Part shown: positions 28,256-38,450 of the stretch, piece after piece
How the letters are laid out: each line of letters begins with the position of its first letter
Position numbering within the stretch: position 1 is the stretch's first letter
Made by a program: the position numbers and the translations under genes
Origin: a virus
Taxonomy: Duplodnaviria > Caudoviricetes
Direction: 5' to 3' (one strand)
Length of the DNA: 64,000 nt
Virus record (IMG/VR): IMGVR_UViG_3300044719_000028
Location: 24,745-88,744 of that record
Notes under the pieces: model-generated
What the model was told of the DNA's origin: nothing
What the model saw: the letters and a program-made list of their open reading frames with translations, nothing else
Database searches by the model: none

Positions 28256-30457
28256 TTACGAAGCGCAGGCTACACAAGCTTCTTCCCGTGGAGCAAGCGT
28301 AGCATTTTTCTTAATAGTCCTCACATAGTAGATAGTCTTGATCTTCTTCTCATGAGCGTAGTGGATGGCATCATACAAGTCCTTCGCACTAAATCCCTCG
28401 CGATTCTGGTCAAGAATCCACTCCATGCTAATCCCGGTATCAGTGAACGTTTGTGCAGCAGATACAGCGTCAATAATTTCAAACACTGTGTGCTTAGCAA
28501 AAGTTTTCCCGTAGCCAATAGGATTATCCTTCAAAAACTTCGCGCTGACAAGCAGACTTCCGTTTTTATTGTCTTCGCTGAAGAATGCGGAATAGACAGG
28601 CAGCACAGTCGCAGATGCGTCTTGATAGATACTTGTGCTCGTCGTAGGTGCTGGCGAAGTTAGTTGCGAGTTCAGAATGCCAAATGTATCAATCCTCCAC
28701 TGCAAGGCGTCCCAATCCCACTTACCGTTACTGTTCTCCTTAAAGCGCTTAACCATGTTGCCATTAGCCCACTCGCTGTGAGGGAATGCTTCAAACGTGT
28801 ATCCAAGTTCTTCAGCCATCACTGTGCTTTCCCAAGCAGCATTGAACTCGATACACTCAGCTAACTCCTTGATGACATCAACGTTCTTAAACGTCATCCA
28901 GTTCTTAGCAAGGTAGTCATGCAAGCCCATCTGCCCGATGCCGATAGTGCGATAACGCTTGTTATGAGCAGCCGTGATGGGGTCGGGATTGTTCGTCAGT
29001 TCAATACCATAGTTCAGCAAACGTGTTGCAACACGGGCAACATACGCAAGCTCATCCATATCGACAATATTACCTTCGTTGATCGATGCGAGATTGCAGA
29101 CGTGTCCATATTTATCAGGCACAACATTAGAGTAAGACTCAACACAAAGGTTTGCGCACAGAATGCCATATGCCTCAGGATCGCCCTTATTAGGGTTGAC
29201 TTCATTGATCGTATCGATATTAGTCATATACGGCAAGCCAGTATCGAACTGCGAACGCATAATCAACTTCATCAGATCACGAGCATTCTCAATCTTGCGA
29301 GCAACCTTCAACTTACCTTCTTCAAAAGCTTTCTCAATCTCTGAATAGATAGCTTTAAACTCTTTACCGTACTTGCCACGAACGTCAATACCCAACTTCT
29401 GCTTAACTTCGTATGGGCAGAACGTAACCCACGGCTGCTGGCTCTTATCTCGTTCGTAGAACAGGTCCGGTATGGTAACTTGCGGGAACACGTCGTAAGA
29501 CTTCAAACGAAGATCACCATGCTCTGTCTGCATATCCAAAAAATCTTGAATGTCATTGTGCCACACAGGAAGCGCAGGGGTGATTGCGCCTGCACGCTTA
29601 CCCCCCTGATTCACTGCCACCGCAACGTCATTGATGATCTTGACCCACTGCGTCACAGGGCCAGCAGCGTTCTCATATCCACCGACCATTGAACCTTCGG
29701 CACGCAGGAATCCGAGGAACACACCAATACCCCCGCCACTCTTACTAATTTTTGCCATACGTTTGACGTTATCAAAAATGCTTTCAAGATCGTCTTCGAT
29801 AGCTAGAATGAAGCAAGATGCTACGTTGCCACCTTTGCGCAGATTACTCATGAACGGGGTTGCCAGAGACAGCTTCCGCTTGCTAAGAATGTCGTAAAAC
29901 TCTTTAGCACGAGCTACACGGTTAGACGCCTTCTCAAGCTGAGCAAAACGCATTGCACTCACCATGTGCATATGTTGGTTCAGTTCATACTTACCAAGAT
30001 ACTTCTTTTGCACTGTGACAAGAGACGAGTGGGAATGGTCCAAGTCACGGTCCATGTCAACGTATTTGCCAAGCTCCGCAAAGTCATCTTCCGAGTAGAA
30101 CTCCAGCAAATCTTTCGTGTACTCATTCTTGCGAATGTTGTAATGCAGAACTTCTGAAAAAGTCTTACCCCGCAGCTTGAAGTTTGCCCACATATCTGCC
30201 GCCATCGCGCGCCCTGCAACATTCAGCCACTCAGGTTCTTGCGGTGTTGCAAGTTGTTTGGCATGCTGGATAACATTCTTCTGAATATCAGATGTCTTAA
30301 TTCCGTTGCGAAGGAACTGATCAATACGTGCCTCAAGGGCAAGTGCGTTAGCTCCAGTGCCTTCTACAGCATGCGCAATGGACTGCTTCAGCTTCGATAC
30401 ATCATACGGAACTTTGCTACCGTCCCGCTTCACAACCATAATTTGCTTCTCAGACAT
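28256..30457 (-). CDS. nrdA: Ribonucleotide reductase class I alpha subunit
   Basis: ATP cone (VVKRDG), ASCF, NLCVE, CNLASIN, APTTSTS and C-terminal CVAC. Confidence 0.93.
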   Translation of the reverse strand: MSEKQIMVVKRDGSKVPYDVSKLKQSIAHAVEGTGANALALEARIDQFLRNGIKTSDIQKNVIQHAKQLATPQEPEWLNVAGRAMAADMWANFKLRGKTFSEVLHYNIRKNEYTKDLLEFYSEDDFAELGKYVDMDRDLDHSHSSLVTVQKKYLGKYELNQHMHMVSAMRFAQLEKASNRVARAKEFYDILSKRKLSLATPFMSNLRKGGNVASCFILAIEDDLESIFDNVKRMAKISKSGGGIGVFLGFLRAEGSMVGGYENAAGPVTQWVKIINDVAVAVNQGGKRAGAITPALPVWHNDIQDFLDMQTEHGDLRLKSYDVFPQVTIPDLFYERDKSQQPWVTFCPYEVKQKLGIDVRGKYGKEFKAIYSEIEKAFEEGKLKVARKIENARDLMKLIMRSQFDTGLPYMTNIDTINEVNPNKGDPEAYGILCANLCVESYSNVVPDKYGHVCNLASINEGNIVDMDELAYVARVATRLLNYGIELTNNPDPITAAHNKRYRTIGIGQMGLHDYLAKNWMTFKNVDVIKELAECIEFNAAWESTVMAEELGYTFEAFPHSEWANGNMVKRFKENSNGKWDWDALQWRIDTFGILNSQLTSPAPTTSTSIYQDASATVLPVYSAFFSEDNKNGSLLVSAKFLKDNPIGYGKTFAKHTVFEIIDAVSAAQTFTDTGISMEWILDQNREGFSAKDLYDAIHYAHEKKIKTIYYVRTIKKNATLAPREEACVACAS

Positions 30458-31034
30458 CAACACTCCCTTCTTTACTCTTACGTTTCTTATATTTTTTCCT
30501 AAGCTTTTCAGCAGGCTTCGGATTGCTATACTCTTCCAAGGTTTTCACCGAACCATCGGCATTAAACTGACTTCCTCGGATATGGAAGAGAATCCCCTCA
30601 AGCTGTTCAATCTGTTCAACAATCTTACGTTCTTCGTCTCGATACTCTTCAGCCTCCTTGGTAGGAATGTTATCGTCAAGTGCGTGACTCCCTCCGTAAG
30701 CTGGAACAGTGTGCCCCATCGAATGTAACTCTTCAAACAACGATTTGTCTTGAAGACTCGCTGCGATAAGAACGTCTTCAGGTTGCGAGTACTTGCCTTT
30801 CAGGTGATGACGCTTCAACGACAACTCACCAGCAAACAAGTAACCAATTTTAACATCACCTGCAAGAGTTCGGTGTTGTGCGGCATAAATATGCACAGGT
30901 TTAGCCACATCCATGCCCAAAGTTTCTAGAACGTCATACACAATTTCAGCGTTGTCAAGATGCACAAGATCGAAGATGTTCATGTGCTTCAGAGGGTCGG
31001 CAAGCAAGATGTCGTAGCAGGAAATTACCTTCAC
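30450..31034 (-). CDS. Hypothetical protein
   Basis: 194 aa, coupled to its neighbours. Confidence 0.65.
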   Translation of the reverse strand: MKVISCYDILLADPLKHMNIFDLVHLDNAEIVYDVLETLGMDVAKPVHIYAAQHRTLAGDVKIGYLFAGELSLKRHHLKGKYSQPEDVLIAASLQDKSLFEELHSMGHTVPAYGGSHALDDNIPTKEAEEYRDEERKIVEQIEQLEGILFHIRGSQFNADGSVKTLEEYSNPKPAEKLRKKYKKRKSKEGSVDV

Positions 31035-31498
31035 GCTTCACCTCCAAAGAAACCTTCTGGCACAAGATCGGCAATCTCTACAGATTTGAAACCAATAGGT
31101 TTACGAATCTTGTGATTCTTATCTTTCAGAATATGGCACCAGTATTTGTGATTGTATCCAATAGACCACCCTTGTTGTTTATAGTACACCTCATCTGCTA
31201 GAGCAATTTCACTAGGGAACTTCTCAAGATTGTTAGCATTCACCCGATCAATTGCCTCACTCACATCAAACCCTGCCACGTTCATCTTCTGAATCAAACC
31301 CATCAACGTGACAAAACCATCGCACACGCCATCCAGCAGCCCTACAGCATCCTTGTTGTAGAAGGCGTCTTTGAGTTCGCTGATTTCCTCTACAACCACT
31401 TTAATTTGTGCTTCGATAGCAGCAACGTCAACGTTGTCAAAATTGCCAGCGATATCATTAAACTTTTCAACCGACTCATATTGTCGCAGAATATCCAT
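31031..31498 (-). CDS. MazG/PRA-PH-like NTP pyrophosphohydrolase
   Basis: EEISEL...LLDGVCD...RVNANNLEK all-alpha NTP-PPase pattern. Confidence 0.7.
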   Translation of the reverse strand: MDILRQYESVEKFNDIAGNFDNVDVAAIEAQIKVVVEEISELKDAFYNKDAVGLLDGVCDGFVTLMGLIQKMNVAGFDVSEAIDRVNANNLEKFPSEIALADEVYYKQQGWSIGYNHKYWCHILKDKNHKIRKPIGFKSVEIADLVPEGFFGGEA

Positions 31499-32475
31499 TA
31501 ATTACCTCCAAATTCTTTCTCAAGCCATTCCATGCTAACAAACAACGGGTCGTAGCTACCATCTCGCACATTATGCTTCAGCACGATTCCCCTCCAGTGT
31601 TTGTTCCCCTGTACACCCTTGTAATGTTCCTCATGCACGTAAGCAGCCCCACAGATCATCCCCCATTGCTGCTTACCACTCGACGGGAGAAACCTTGTAG
31701 TGACATCCAGAGTCTGCCTATGGCCCATCGTGAAGCTCTCACCAATGGTCTTCAGCATGTTTTGTGCAGTGCCAGTAAGAGGCTTACCAGACATAACATT
31801 TGGGAAGTAGTGGCAGTAATTTACACCGTCAATTGTAATCGGCGTAAGAAACGGAACAACTTCCCAACCCATCTCCTTGTACTTCAAGTCATCAATACTC
31901 AGAAATCCGTGAAGCTCTGCGTTAGCGTCTACGTGCCGAGAGATTCTATCCTCATGATTGCCTAGAGTCAAGACCAGTCGTGGGTTGTAAACTTCTTCTC
32001 CGTTTTCTCGCTGTTGCTTTTGCAAATCTCGTAGAGGCTTCAACAGCGTTTCCATACCTTCGATAGCAGCTTTAATATCTTCCGTAACACGTTTACCTTC
32101 CGCTGTGCGCCTGCCTTTATCATATGTGCTGAGACTTTCCATGTCTGCGTGATCGCCAATTTGCACAACGACATCCGGTTTTTTACGAACGATGTATTCG
32201 CCAATCCACCGAAGATAGTCCAGAGAAATCCCCGGCCTCACTTGTGTGTCAGGAATTACAAGATGAGTTTTGCTTGGTTGCTCTGGCTCGTTAAAAGCTT
32301 CATCAAGTTGCTCAACACTCTCATCAACCTGCTTTTGCATTGCACAGTAATTACGTAAGTGGTCACTCACAGTACTCTTCGCCACACCCAGCAGCTTCGC
32401 AATATCGCGCCAAGACATAGTATTCGTGTTATGCAATGCTACAGCCTGCACTTTCCAATCTTCTTGCTCGATCAT
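31498..32475 (-). CDS. HTH-fused calcineurin-like metallophosphoesterase
   Basis: N-terminal SWRDIAKLLGVAKSTVSDHL helix-turn-helix, plus DTQ, GD.AD, GNHE and GH motifs. Confidence 0.8.
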   Translation of the reverse strand: MIEQEDWKVQAVALHNTNTMSWRDIAKLLGVAKSTVSDHLRNYCAMQKQVDESVEQLDEAFNEPEQPSKTHLVIPDTQVRPGISLDYLRWIGEYIVRKKPDVVVQIGDHADMESLSTYDKGRRTAEGKRVTEDIKAAIEGMETLLKPLRDLQKQQRENGEEVYNPRLVLTLGNHEDRISRHVDANAELHGFLSIDDLKYKEMGWEVVPFLTPITIDGVNYCHYFPNVMSGKPLTGTAQNMLKTIGESFTMGHRQTLDVTTRFLPSSGKQQWGMICGAAYVHEEHYKGVQGNKHWRGIVLKHNVRDGSYDPLFVSMEWLEKEFGGN

Positions 32476-32629
32476 TTAATCTCCTTCTTCCACAGTGTAA
32501 TTGCATCACTTTGAATATGCGCCTGCCCAACAATATTGCCATTAATCTTTTTAAGTAGTTTTAATATGTCTCGCAAATAAAAGGAGATAGACAGCAACAG
32601 ACAAAACAGAGCACAAAACATCAATGCAG

Positions 32630-33202
32630 TCACACGCCCTCCATCTCTTCAATCTTCTTACGCAAATCATCTTGACGGCTCTTATAATTCGCCACAAGCC
32701 TGTTGTGATGCTCAATCGTCTGTTCCTGAATACGGATGCTATTGTCAAGCTGGAAAATCTGCTCTTTGAACTCTTTCAGTTGACGCTGTTGTTCGGCTGT
32801 GAGAACGGGCTTGGGGAGGATTTTCCAAGAATGCTTGAGGGAACACTTTACCTGTTCTTCGGTAACACTAAGTGATCGTCCACCCTCTTGACACGTAAGT
32901 GTCCAATAAAGCTTCCCGCGTACGGCCTTAAAACGCTCATCCAAACTGTTGGTGAAGTAAAACTCATCCGGCAATTTATCTTTCTGCTTTGGGTTGTCGT
33001 CCACCAACAACCAAAGCCCATCTTCCACCAGCCAATTCACCTCGTTGCTATCAAACACAACATGCGGCACAAAACCAACAACATTTGCCCACCCTCGTGC
33101 CCATTTCACTTCGTAGTCACCGTAGCGGTTGAGCTGTGCAGTGTGAGTGTAGTTGGTGTAGTCTGCGTGTCGAAACTGGAATACGTCTGGAATTTCTTTC
33201 AT
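32630..33202 (-). CDS. Hypothetical protein with a C-terminal coiled coil
   Basis: RBS ggag before MKEIP. Confidence 0.6.
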   Translation of the reverse strand: MKEIPDVFQFRHADYTNYTHTAQLNRYGDYEVKWARGWANVVGFVPHVVFDSNEVNWLVEDGLWLLVDDNPKQKDKLPDEFYFTNSLDERFKAVRGKLYWTLTCQEGGRSLSVTEEQVKCSLKHSWKILPKPVLTAEQQRQLKEFKEQIFQLDNSIRIQEQTIEHHNRLVANYKSRQDDLRKKIEEMEGV

Positions 33203-33399
33203 GCTTTCTCCTTGTGTTGTTGAATCGCACATCCTTTGACGTGCTCGTAAGCTTGTTGCAGGGCGTTGATGAGTTGAGGAATATCCGATGGATTGAACGC
33301 TGTTGTGTACCAGTAAGTGTCTCTCACAACAATTTCACCGTGCACATCTTTGACGATAACGTATTCACCGTCATGTCCTTTAAATTCAATATTCATCAC
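33199..33399 (-). CDS. Hypothetical protein
   Basis: 66 aa with coupled overlaps. Confidence 0.55.
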   Translation of the reverse strand: MMNIEFKGHDGEYVIVKDVHGEIVVRDTYWYTTAFNPSDIPQLINALQQAYEHVKGCAIQQHKEKA

Positions 33400-33929
33400 A
33401 CCTCCTTTAAGATGTTTGTTAATGCTTCTCTACGTTGAACATCATTTCTACAATCATACCCGTTTTGCGTGAGGAGTGCAACCATTTCTGCCCTGTTCTC
33501 TTTACGCAACAGACGGATAACTTCTTTCTGTATCTTAGCTTCTTCAAAAGTGATGCCCAGAGTCTCTGCCAACGTATGTGTAGAGTGACAAGGTTCCTTG
33601 CACAGCACTCGCAAATTATCAACTTCGCAGTACAGGTTGTTAGCGAAATTGCCAATGTCCTCTACAGATAAGATTGACCCTGCTGCGATTGGAAAATGGT
33701 CAACACAAACTTCTTTAAGTTTTTTCCATTCCCGACATATAGCACAGACGTACTCCCACTTCTGCTGCTTGTTAGGACCACTGTACGGGCGACGAGCAAG
33801 TTCCAAGGCTTTGTTGCGAGGAGGCCAGCGGAGGCTCTTAGACCTGAGCGCCGAACGAATCCATGCAAGGTATGCTGCCTCCGTCATTGTACCACCGCAG
33901 CGGGTAAGTTTGTTATCTTTCTCAGCCAA
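33396..33929 (-). CDS. HNH-type nuclease, possible junction resolvase
   Basis: CAIC...VDH...NLRVLCKEPCH, located downstream of the exonuclease as a resolvase is in T7-like modules. Confidence 0.65.
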   Translation of the reverse strand: MAEKDNKLTRCGGTMTEAAYLAWIRSALRSKSLRWPPRNKALELARRPYSGPNKQQKWEYVCAICREWKKLKEVCVDHFPIAAGSILSVEDIGNFANNLYCEVDNLRVLCKEPCHSTHTLAETLGITFEEAKIQKEVIRLLRKENRAEMVALLTQNGYDCRNDVQRREALTNILKEV

Positions 33930-34794
33930 GTTGCACCCCGATCTTTTGGCACATACGGCTAATTTGGCTACAATCGATATTCAATAACTTACCGATAGAA
34001 ATCGTGGTTTCGCCCTCTAACCTTAACCAAGCCATCAAACGGATTTGAGCATCAGTTAGTGACCCATTGTAAGGCGTCTCTTCACCACTCAACTTAAGAA
34101 TTTTACGACCTTCTCGCTTACCAGCAACTGCCTCTTCTACGGTCCAACCGCGTAGCAACCTGTATTGCAACGTGTTTGACTTTACTTTTAGCAGATCGCC
34201 CAATTCTGCGTAGGTGTAGAATTTTCCTTCGTACTCAACATTGCCGACATGATCGAGACGCCTAATAAAGTCTTTTCTCGGCTCCCACATACAATTGTCA
34301 GGACCGTAGGAACCTGCTAAGTCTTTTCTGGTAAGGTTATATCCTTTCGGGCAATCCCCCATATCTTTGTAGAATTGTGCCAAACCACCCTCTCCACACC
34401 ACACATCATCAACAGTAGTGTTGTTTGCCTTGGCACGAGTGAACATGTTATAGTAGATAGGTTTGATTGGGTGTTTAGTAAGACCGTGTTTCAGCAGCCC
34501 ACCATCCCCGCCAATGGCCCTATTCCACCCGATGTTCTTCTTGGGGCGAAGGTGTTTTTCAGCAGACAACACTTCATTTCTGGTTCCTGTAATCAGTGTC
34601 TCCACCATTGTGTAGGAAGACGTTAGTAATGCACTTGAAAAAGCATCTGAATAATTTCCACACTTTGCTGCGCTCAAATGCTGTTCGTATCGCTGTATCA
34701 CACCAATACCTGTAACTCCTACGTACCCTTGGGAATAGACATCTGAATGCCTAATGTCGTGAATCCAATAAAGATAATGAAGACGATCACTCAT
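33922..34794 (-). CDS. Free-standing homing endonuclease, GIY-YIG plus degenerate HNH-like domain
   Basis: LYWI...GYVGVT...RYEQH at the N-terminus, MGDCP...RKD..G.YGPDNCMW in the middle, and C-terminal HTH-like segments. Confidence 0.7.
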   Translation of the reverse strand: MSDRLHYLYWIHDIRHSDVYSQGYVGVTGIGVIQRYEQHLSAAKCGNYSDAFSSALLTSSYTMVETLITGTRNEVLSAEKHLRPKKNIGWNRAIGGDGGLLKHGLTKHPIKPIYYNMFTRAKANNTTVDDVWCGEGGLAQFYKDMGDCPKGYNLTRKDLAGSYGPDNCMWEPRKDFIRRLDHVGNVEYEGKFYTYAELGDLLKVKSNTLQYRLLRGWTVEEAVAGKREGRKILKLSGEETPYNGSLTDAQIRLMAWLRLEGETTISIGKLLNIDCSQISRMCQKIGVQLG

Positions 34795-35747
34795 ATCAAC
34801 CCCCACTCCTCACTAAACTTATACCTCTGCTCAACACTATCGAGCATCTTAAGAAGCATAACATTCTCATCCATCACTTCAACCCAAGACAAGATTGTCC
34901 CATCTTCCAGCTTGTGCCCATCCTTGAACGTCTCTTGATACACCCAAGCAACGCGCTTGGCAAGTTCCTCTTGTGTCTCGCACCCGACAAGACATTTCGT
35001 AGCAGCAACCTCACCGAACCCCTTGCCCTTGCGAATACCGAACTTCTCTCGCACAGAGTCTACAGCAGTAGGAATGCCAAGAATATTATCGATTGTATCT
35101 CCTCGGAGGCTTTGCCAGCAGAGTTGATAGAAGCCGTCAAACTCGTTCGTGTACGTCGCAGCGTCATCCCACCTCGTAGCGTCAGTGTGCCAGCCCACAC
35201 ACATCTTCAAGTCTTTGTCAGGGCTGCTAATTGCCCTGTCAGAATCTTCGCCAAGATGCTTGTGCTCAGCAAGCCAGATAGAGCAAACATCATCACTCTC
35301 GATGTTCGTCTGCGGCTGCACTATATAATCTGAAATACGAGCAATCAGCTTTTCCTTTATAGCGTTGAACAGCAACGGTTTAGCAGGGCGCTGACCCTTG
35401 TAGGGCTGAATTCTAGCAATCTTATCACGGAAGTTGCCATGTTTCCCGCCTAGAACAAACTTGACACTCTTAACAGGGTTGCTCTCACTGATCTGATACA
35501 TCCTGCCAAGCAACCCTTCTACAGCGTTGTTAACACTGCCAACAATAGTAGCATTGTCTTCAATTTCAAACTGCTCAGCTTTCCACTTCGGATTCTCTTT
35601 CAGCCAATTCTTAAAGGCTGTACGATTCTCGTATTCTTTCTTGCGACCTGACGCAATGTGACGAGCAAAGATTGTGTTCTTTTGTTGTGCAGCAGCAGCA
35701 GAAACTAGCGGAGTGTCGAAGTCACAGTATAGATGATACTTTCTCAT
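34791..35747 (-). CDS. 5'-3' exonuclease (T7 gp6-like)
   Basis: CDFD, ESDDV, SPDKDL and GDTIDNILGI motifs. Confidence 0.85.
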   Translation of the reverse strand: MRKYHLYCDFDTPLVSAAAAQQKNTIFARHIASGRKKEYENRTAFKNWLKENPKWKAEQFEIEDNATIVGSVNNAVEGLLGRMYQISESNPVKSVKFVLGGKHGNFRDKIARIQPYKGQRPAKPLLFNAIKEKLIARISDYIVQPQTNIESDDVCSIWLAEHKHLGEDSDRAISSPDKDLKMCVGWHTDATRWDDAATYTNEFDGFYQLCWQSLRGDTIDNILGIPTAVDSVREKFGIRKGKGFGEVAATKCLVGCETQEELAKRVAWVYQETFKDGHKLEDGTILSWVEVMDENVMLLKMLDSVEQRYKFSEEWGLI

Positions 35748-35817
35748 AAGCCTCCAAAAGTTAAGCCCCACACCCTTACGGATGCAGGGCAGATGTTACT
35801 CTACAATGTTGTCAATC

Positions 35818-36450
35818 TTAAAATGGGGCTTGTTCATCGTCTTCCATTTCCGGCTCAGGCTTCTTAGCGGCAGAGCGTGCTGCACGACCTTGCGTCACTT
35901 CTTCACGAGCCGCTTCTGCTTTAACCGGCTTAGCATCGCCGAATTCCGATCCTGCTACACCACCGCCAGAGGACTTGTACTCAATAAAACCGTCTTCGTC
36001 CATAAGAATGTTATTCAGTTGAGCGAACGTACCAAACGAATTCTCAGTGATGCGGTACGACACTTTAGCCTTGCTGCCGTTGCTGATGAGTCGACTGGTA
36101 GTAATTTCCACACGCTCACCGTCTTTGGTGTCCAGCAGCACGCGAGGGCGGTACTTCTCATCGTACATCTCGCCATCTTTGGATGCAGGCTTGCGCATTT
36201 TAATCACATAAACTTCCTCACCGCCAAACGGAGGTTCCATCTTGAACTTCTGCTGAAACTCTTCTGCATCGAATTCCTTTGCCTTTTGTTTAGCAAATTG
36301 CTTATTAAAAGCTTTGGCAGTAGCCTTATCAACGATACAGTCAACTTCGTACACGAGGTCTTCAGATTGAAACTTTTTTACCGGCTCCCCAATCTTCGCG
36401 TAAGCCAGCACAACATTGTTCAGAACACCGTATTGATTTTTGTCAGCCAT
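35818..36450 (-). CDS. Single-stranded DNA-binding protein (T7 gp2.5-like)
   Basis: ISNGSKAKV core and an acidic tail ending DDEQAPF. Confidence 0.7.
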   Translation of the reverse strand: MADKNQYGVLNNVVLAYAKIGEPVKKFQSEDLVYEVDCIVDKATAKAFNKQFAKQKAKEFDAEEFQQKFKMEPPFGGEEVYVIKMRKPASKDGEMYDEKYRPRVLLDTKDGERVEITTSRLISNGSKAKVSYRITENSFGTFAQLNNILMDEDGFIEYKSSGGGVAGSEFGDAKPVKAEAAREEVTQGRAARSAAKKPEPEMEDDEQAPF

Positions 36451-36556
36451 TATTTATTTCCTTCTCTTGAATAAAATTACAACATTTGTGGAATGCCTCT
36501 TGGCGCTTCCTCCTTATAGGCTCTCTGAGAACGCACAGAGCAGACGTACAGCAATC

Positions 36557-36856
36557 TTACATCATCAGGTGCAACAGGAAGCCGCAAAGCAGTGCCAGAG
36601 CCGATACCATGATAATTTCAAGCGACGCTTCCCAACCTTCTTTCTCTTGCACATGTGTGGTGTAAGGATTAAACAGGAATGTGTTCACCAATAGTTCAAG
36701 GCCAAACACAGCCACAACAGAAATTGCAGGCAAACCGAACACTGCTACAGCAAACCAACCCCACAGCATAGTGATAGTCCAAGCGTTAAAGCCTGTGGCA
36801 AACAGACCGAGAACAAATTTACCAATCAGTACACCAATACTATTTTCTTTCTTCAT
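36557..36856 (-). CDS. Hypothetical membrane protein
   Basis: 99 aa with several hydrophobic helices. Confidence 0.6.
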   Translation of the reverse strand: MKKENSIGVLIGKFVLGLFATGFNAWTITMLWGWFAVAVFGLPAISVVAVFGLELLVNTFLFNPYTTHVQEKEGWEASLEIIMVSALALLCGFLLHLMM

Positions 36857-37101
36857 ACATCTCCTCCTTCATAATAAAGCTTCCAAAGTTCCTTCTCAAC
36901 ATCCTCAATCGACTTGGTGCCAAACAAGCAGGATACCTCGTAATCGTCAATCCAAATCGATTCAATCTCGATTTCGCCATCGAAGCCGGGTTCATCCCTT
37001 GTGGTATCGTATGGAGCATAGAACCAAAAGTACACCGTCATCTCTATATTATTCAGCTTAATATCCCGACAAATCACTTTCGGAACGTCTTCATCGCGCA
37101 T
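36853..37101 (-). CDS. Hypothetical acidic protein
   Basis: 82 aa with an RBS. Confidence 0.55.
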   Translation of the reverse strand: MRDEDVPKVICRDIKLNNIEMTVYFWFYAPYDTTRDEPGFDGEIEIESIWIDDYEVSCLFGTKSIEDVEKELWKLYYEGGDV

Positions 37102-37317
37102 TCATATTTCTCCTTCATTTCATCCCATAATAGCAAGAAGCCTATTCGGTAAATCATTATCCAGTATGTTAGGGCATTCACTCTGCCTCCAACTCAATCA
37201 TCTTATAGAGCATCTTGTACAGCTTATCCACTTCCTGCTGCATCATACGGTTCTCTTCTTCGTTAGCATCCATCTCGTCGCACAGAAGATCAATTCGAGA
37301 TTCGATTTCTTCCTTTG

Positions 37318-37782
37318 TCATTCTCCCTCCTTAATTTCAAGGTTAGCATTATACAGATTCAGTTTCTCGCTGTCAAGAACATTTTTATGATTCTTAAGAA
37401 TCTCGTCTTCAGGATTAAGAATCATGCGGTCAATCTCACCCCAAAGGTTGTTCACCGTGCGCATACTTTTAACAGTGCCCTTTGCATCAGCAGCAAGATA
37501 CCCGTGTGCGTGCAACCAATCAGCAGCTTTGAACGCTTTTACTTTGTACCAATTAAAGTGAGCGTCACGTTTAATGCAGATGCCCTTGGGCCAATCGTCA
37601 GCAAAGACAATGAAGTAAGGAACCTTGATAACAACATCTCGACACTTGTTAGCAATTGCTGAGACTACGTGTGCAGCAAGCTTTTGGTAGTCTTCTTCGA
37701 TTGCTGGGTGAGTTGCTGCCCTAGCTTCGTTGGTCGGCTTGACACGTTTATGCATCCCATACCTGCTCGTAATGCTGCTCAA
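37318..37782 (-). CDS. Hypothetical protein
   Basis: About 150 aa, start uncertain. Confidence 0.55.
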   Translation of the reverse strand: MSSITSRYGMHKRVKPTNEARAATHPAIEEDYQKLAAHVVSAIANKCRDVVIKVPYFIVFADDWPKGICIKRDAHFNWYKVKAFKAADWLHAHGYLAADAKGTVKSMRTVNNLWGEIDRMILNPEDEILKNHKNVLDSEKLNLYNANLEIKEGE

Positions 37783-37933
37783 TCGCGTCTAGTGCACATT
37801 GCATGGAATTTCCGTGATATAGCTTCAGGTTGTCCTCTGCTGGCAAATACCAAACACGAATTCCTTGCGGGCAGAACACGATTTGATATCCAAGTTCACC
37901 GTAGCGAACTAGATTTTCGCTGAAGATTTCCAT
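37748..37933 (-). CDS. Hypothetical protein
   Basis: 61 aa in the operon. Confidence 0.5.
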   Translation of the reverse strand: MEIFSENLVRYGELGYQIVFCPQGIRVWYLPAEDNLKLYHGNSMQCALDAIEQHYEQVWDA

Positions 37934-37940
37934 AACACCC

Positions 37941-38153
37941 TCACAGCATCACAGCAGTTACAGTGTAGCCAATATCTTCAGCCTCAAACCCATCTTGTGT
38001 CCACTCGTCCCATAAACAATGGTTGGTGCTGTCCGCGTACACGTACTTAGGTTCAGACACCTTCTCAGGACTTTGCCCATGATCGCAATAGCCGTACACT
38101 TCAAGATTGCCGTCGAATTTCTTCAGTGCTTCGATAAGCTCTTTAACCTTCAT
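37941..38153 (-). CDS. Hypothetical protein (MKVKELIEALK family)
   Basis: 70 aa, RBS gaggag. Confidence 0.6.
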   Translation of the reverse strand: MKVKELIEALKKFDGNLEVYGYCDHGQSPEKVSEPKYVYADSTNHCLWDEWTQDGFEAEDIGYTVTAVML

Positions 38154-38450
38154 TCGTAATCCTCCTCATTTGGATAGAAATCGTCTACAAGGTCCAGATA
38201 TGCACGTCGAAACTGATCTTTTGTGATATCGCCATTTTCAAGGTCTTCTTCAAGATATGCAACTTCCTTATCAAAGCGTTCATCAATAGTCATCATTCAA
38301 TCTCCATTCCAGTAATACTCGCTTCAAGTCCCTCTGCAATTTCTCGCAGCTTGTCTTCGATAAAACCCTTCGTGTAGACGTATTGGTCGTCTGTGAGGTA
38401 GCCCGAGTCGATGTTATCTAGGGTTAGGGTGATTTTAAGTTCCATTGTAA

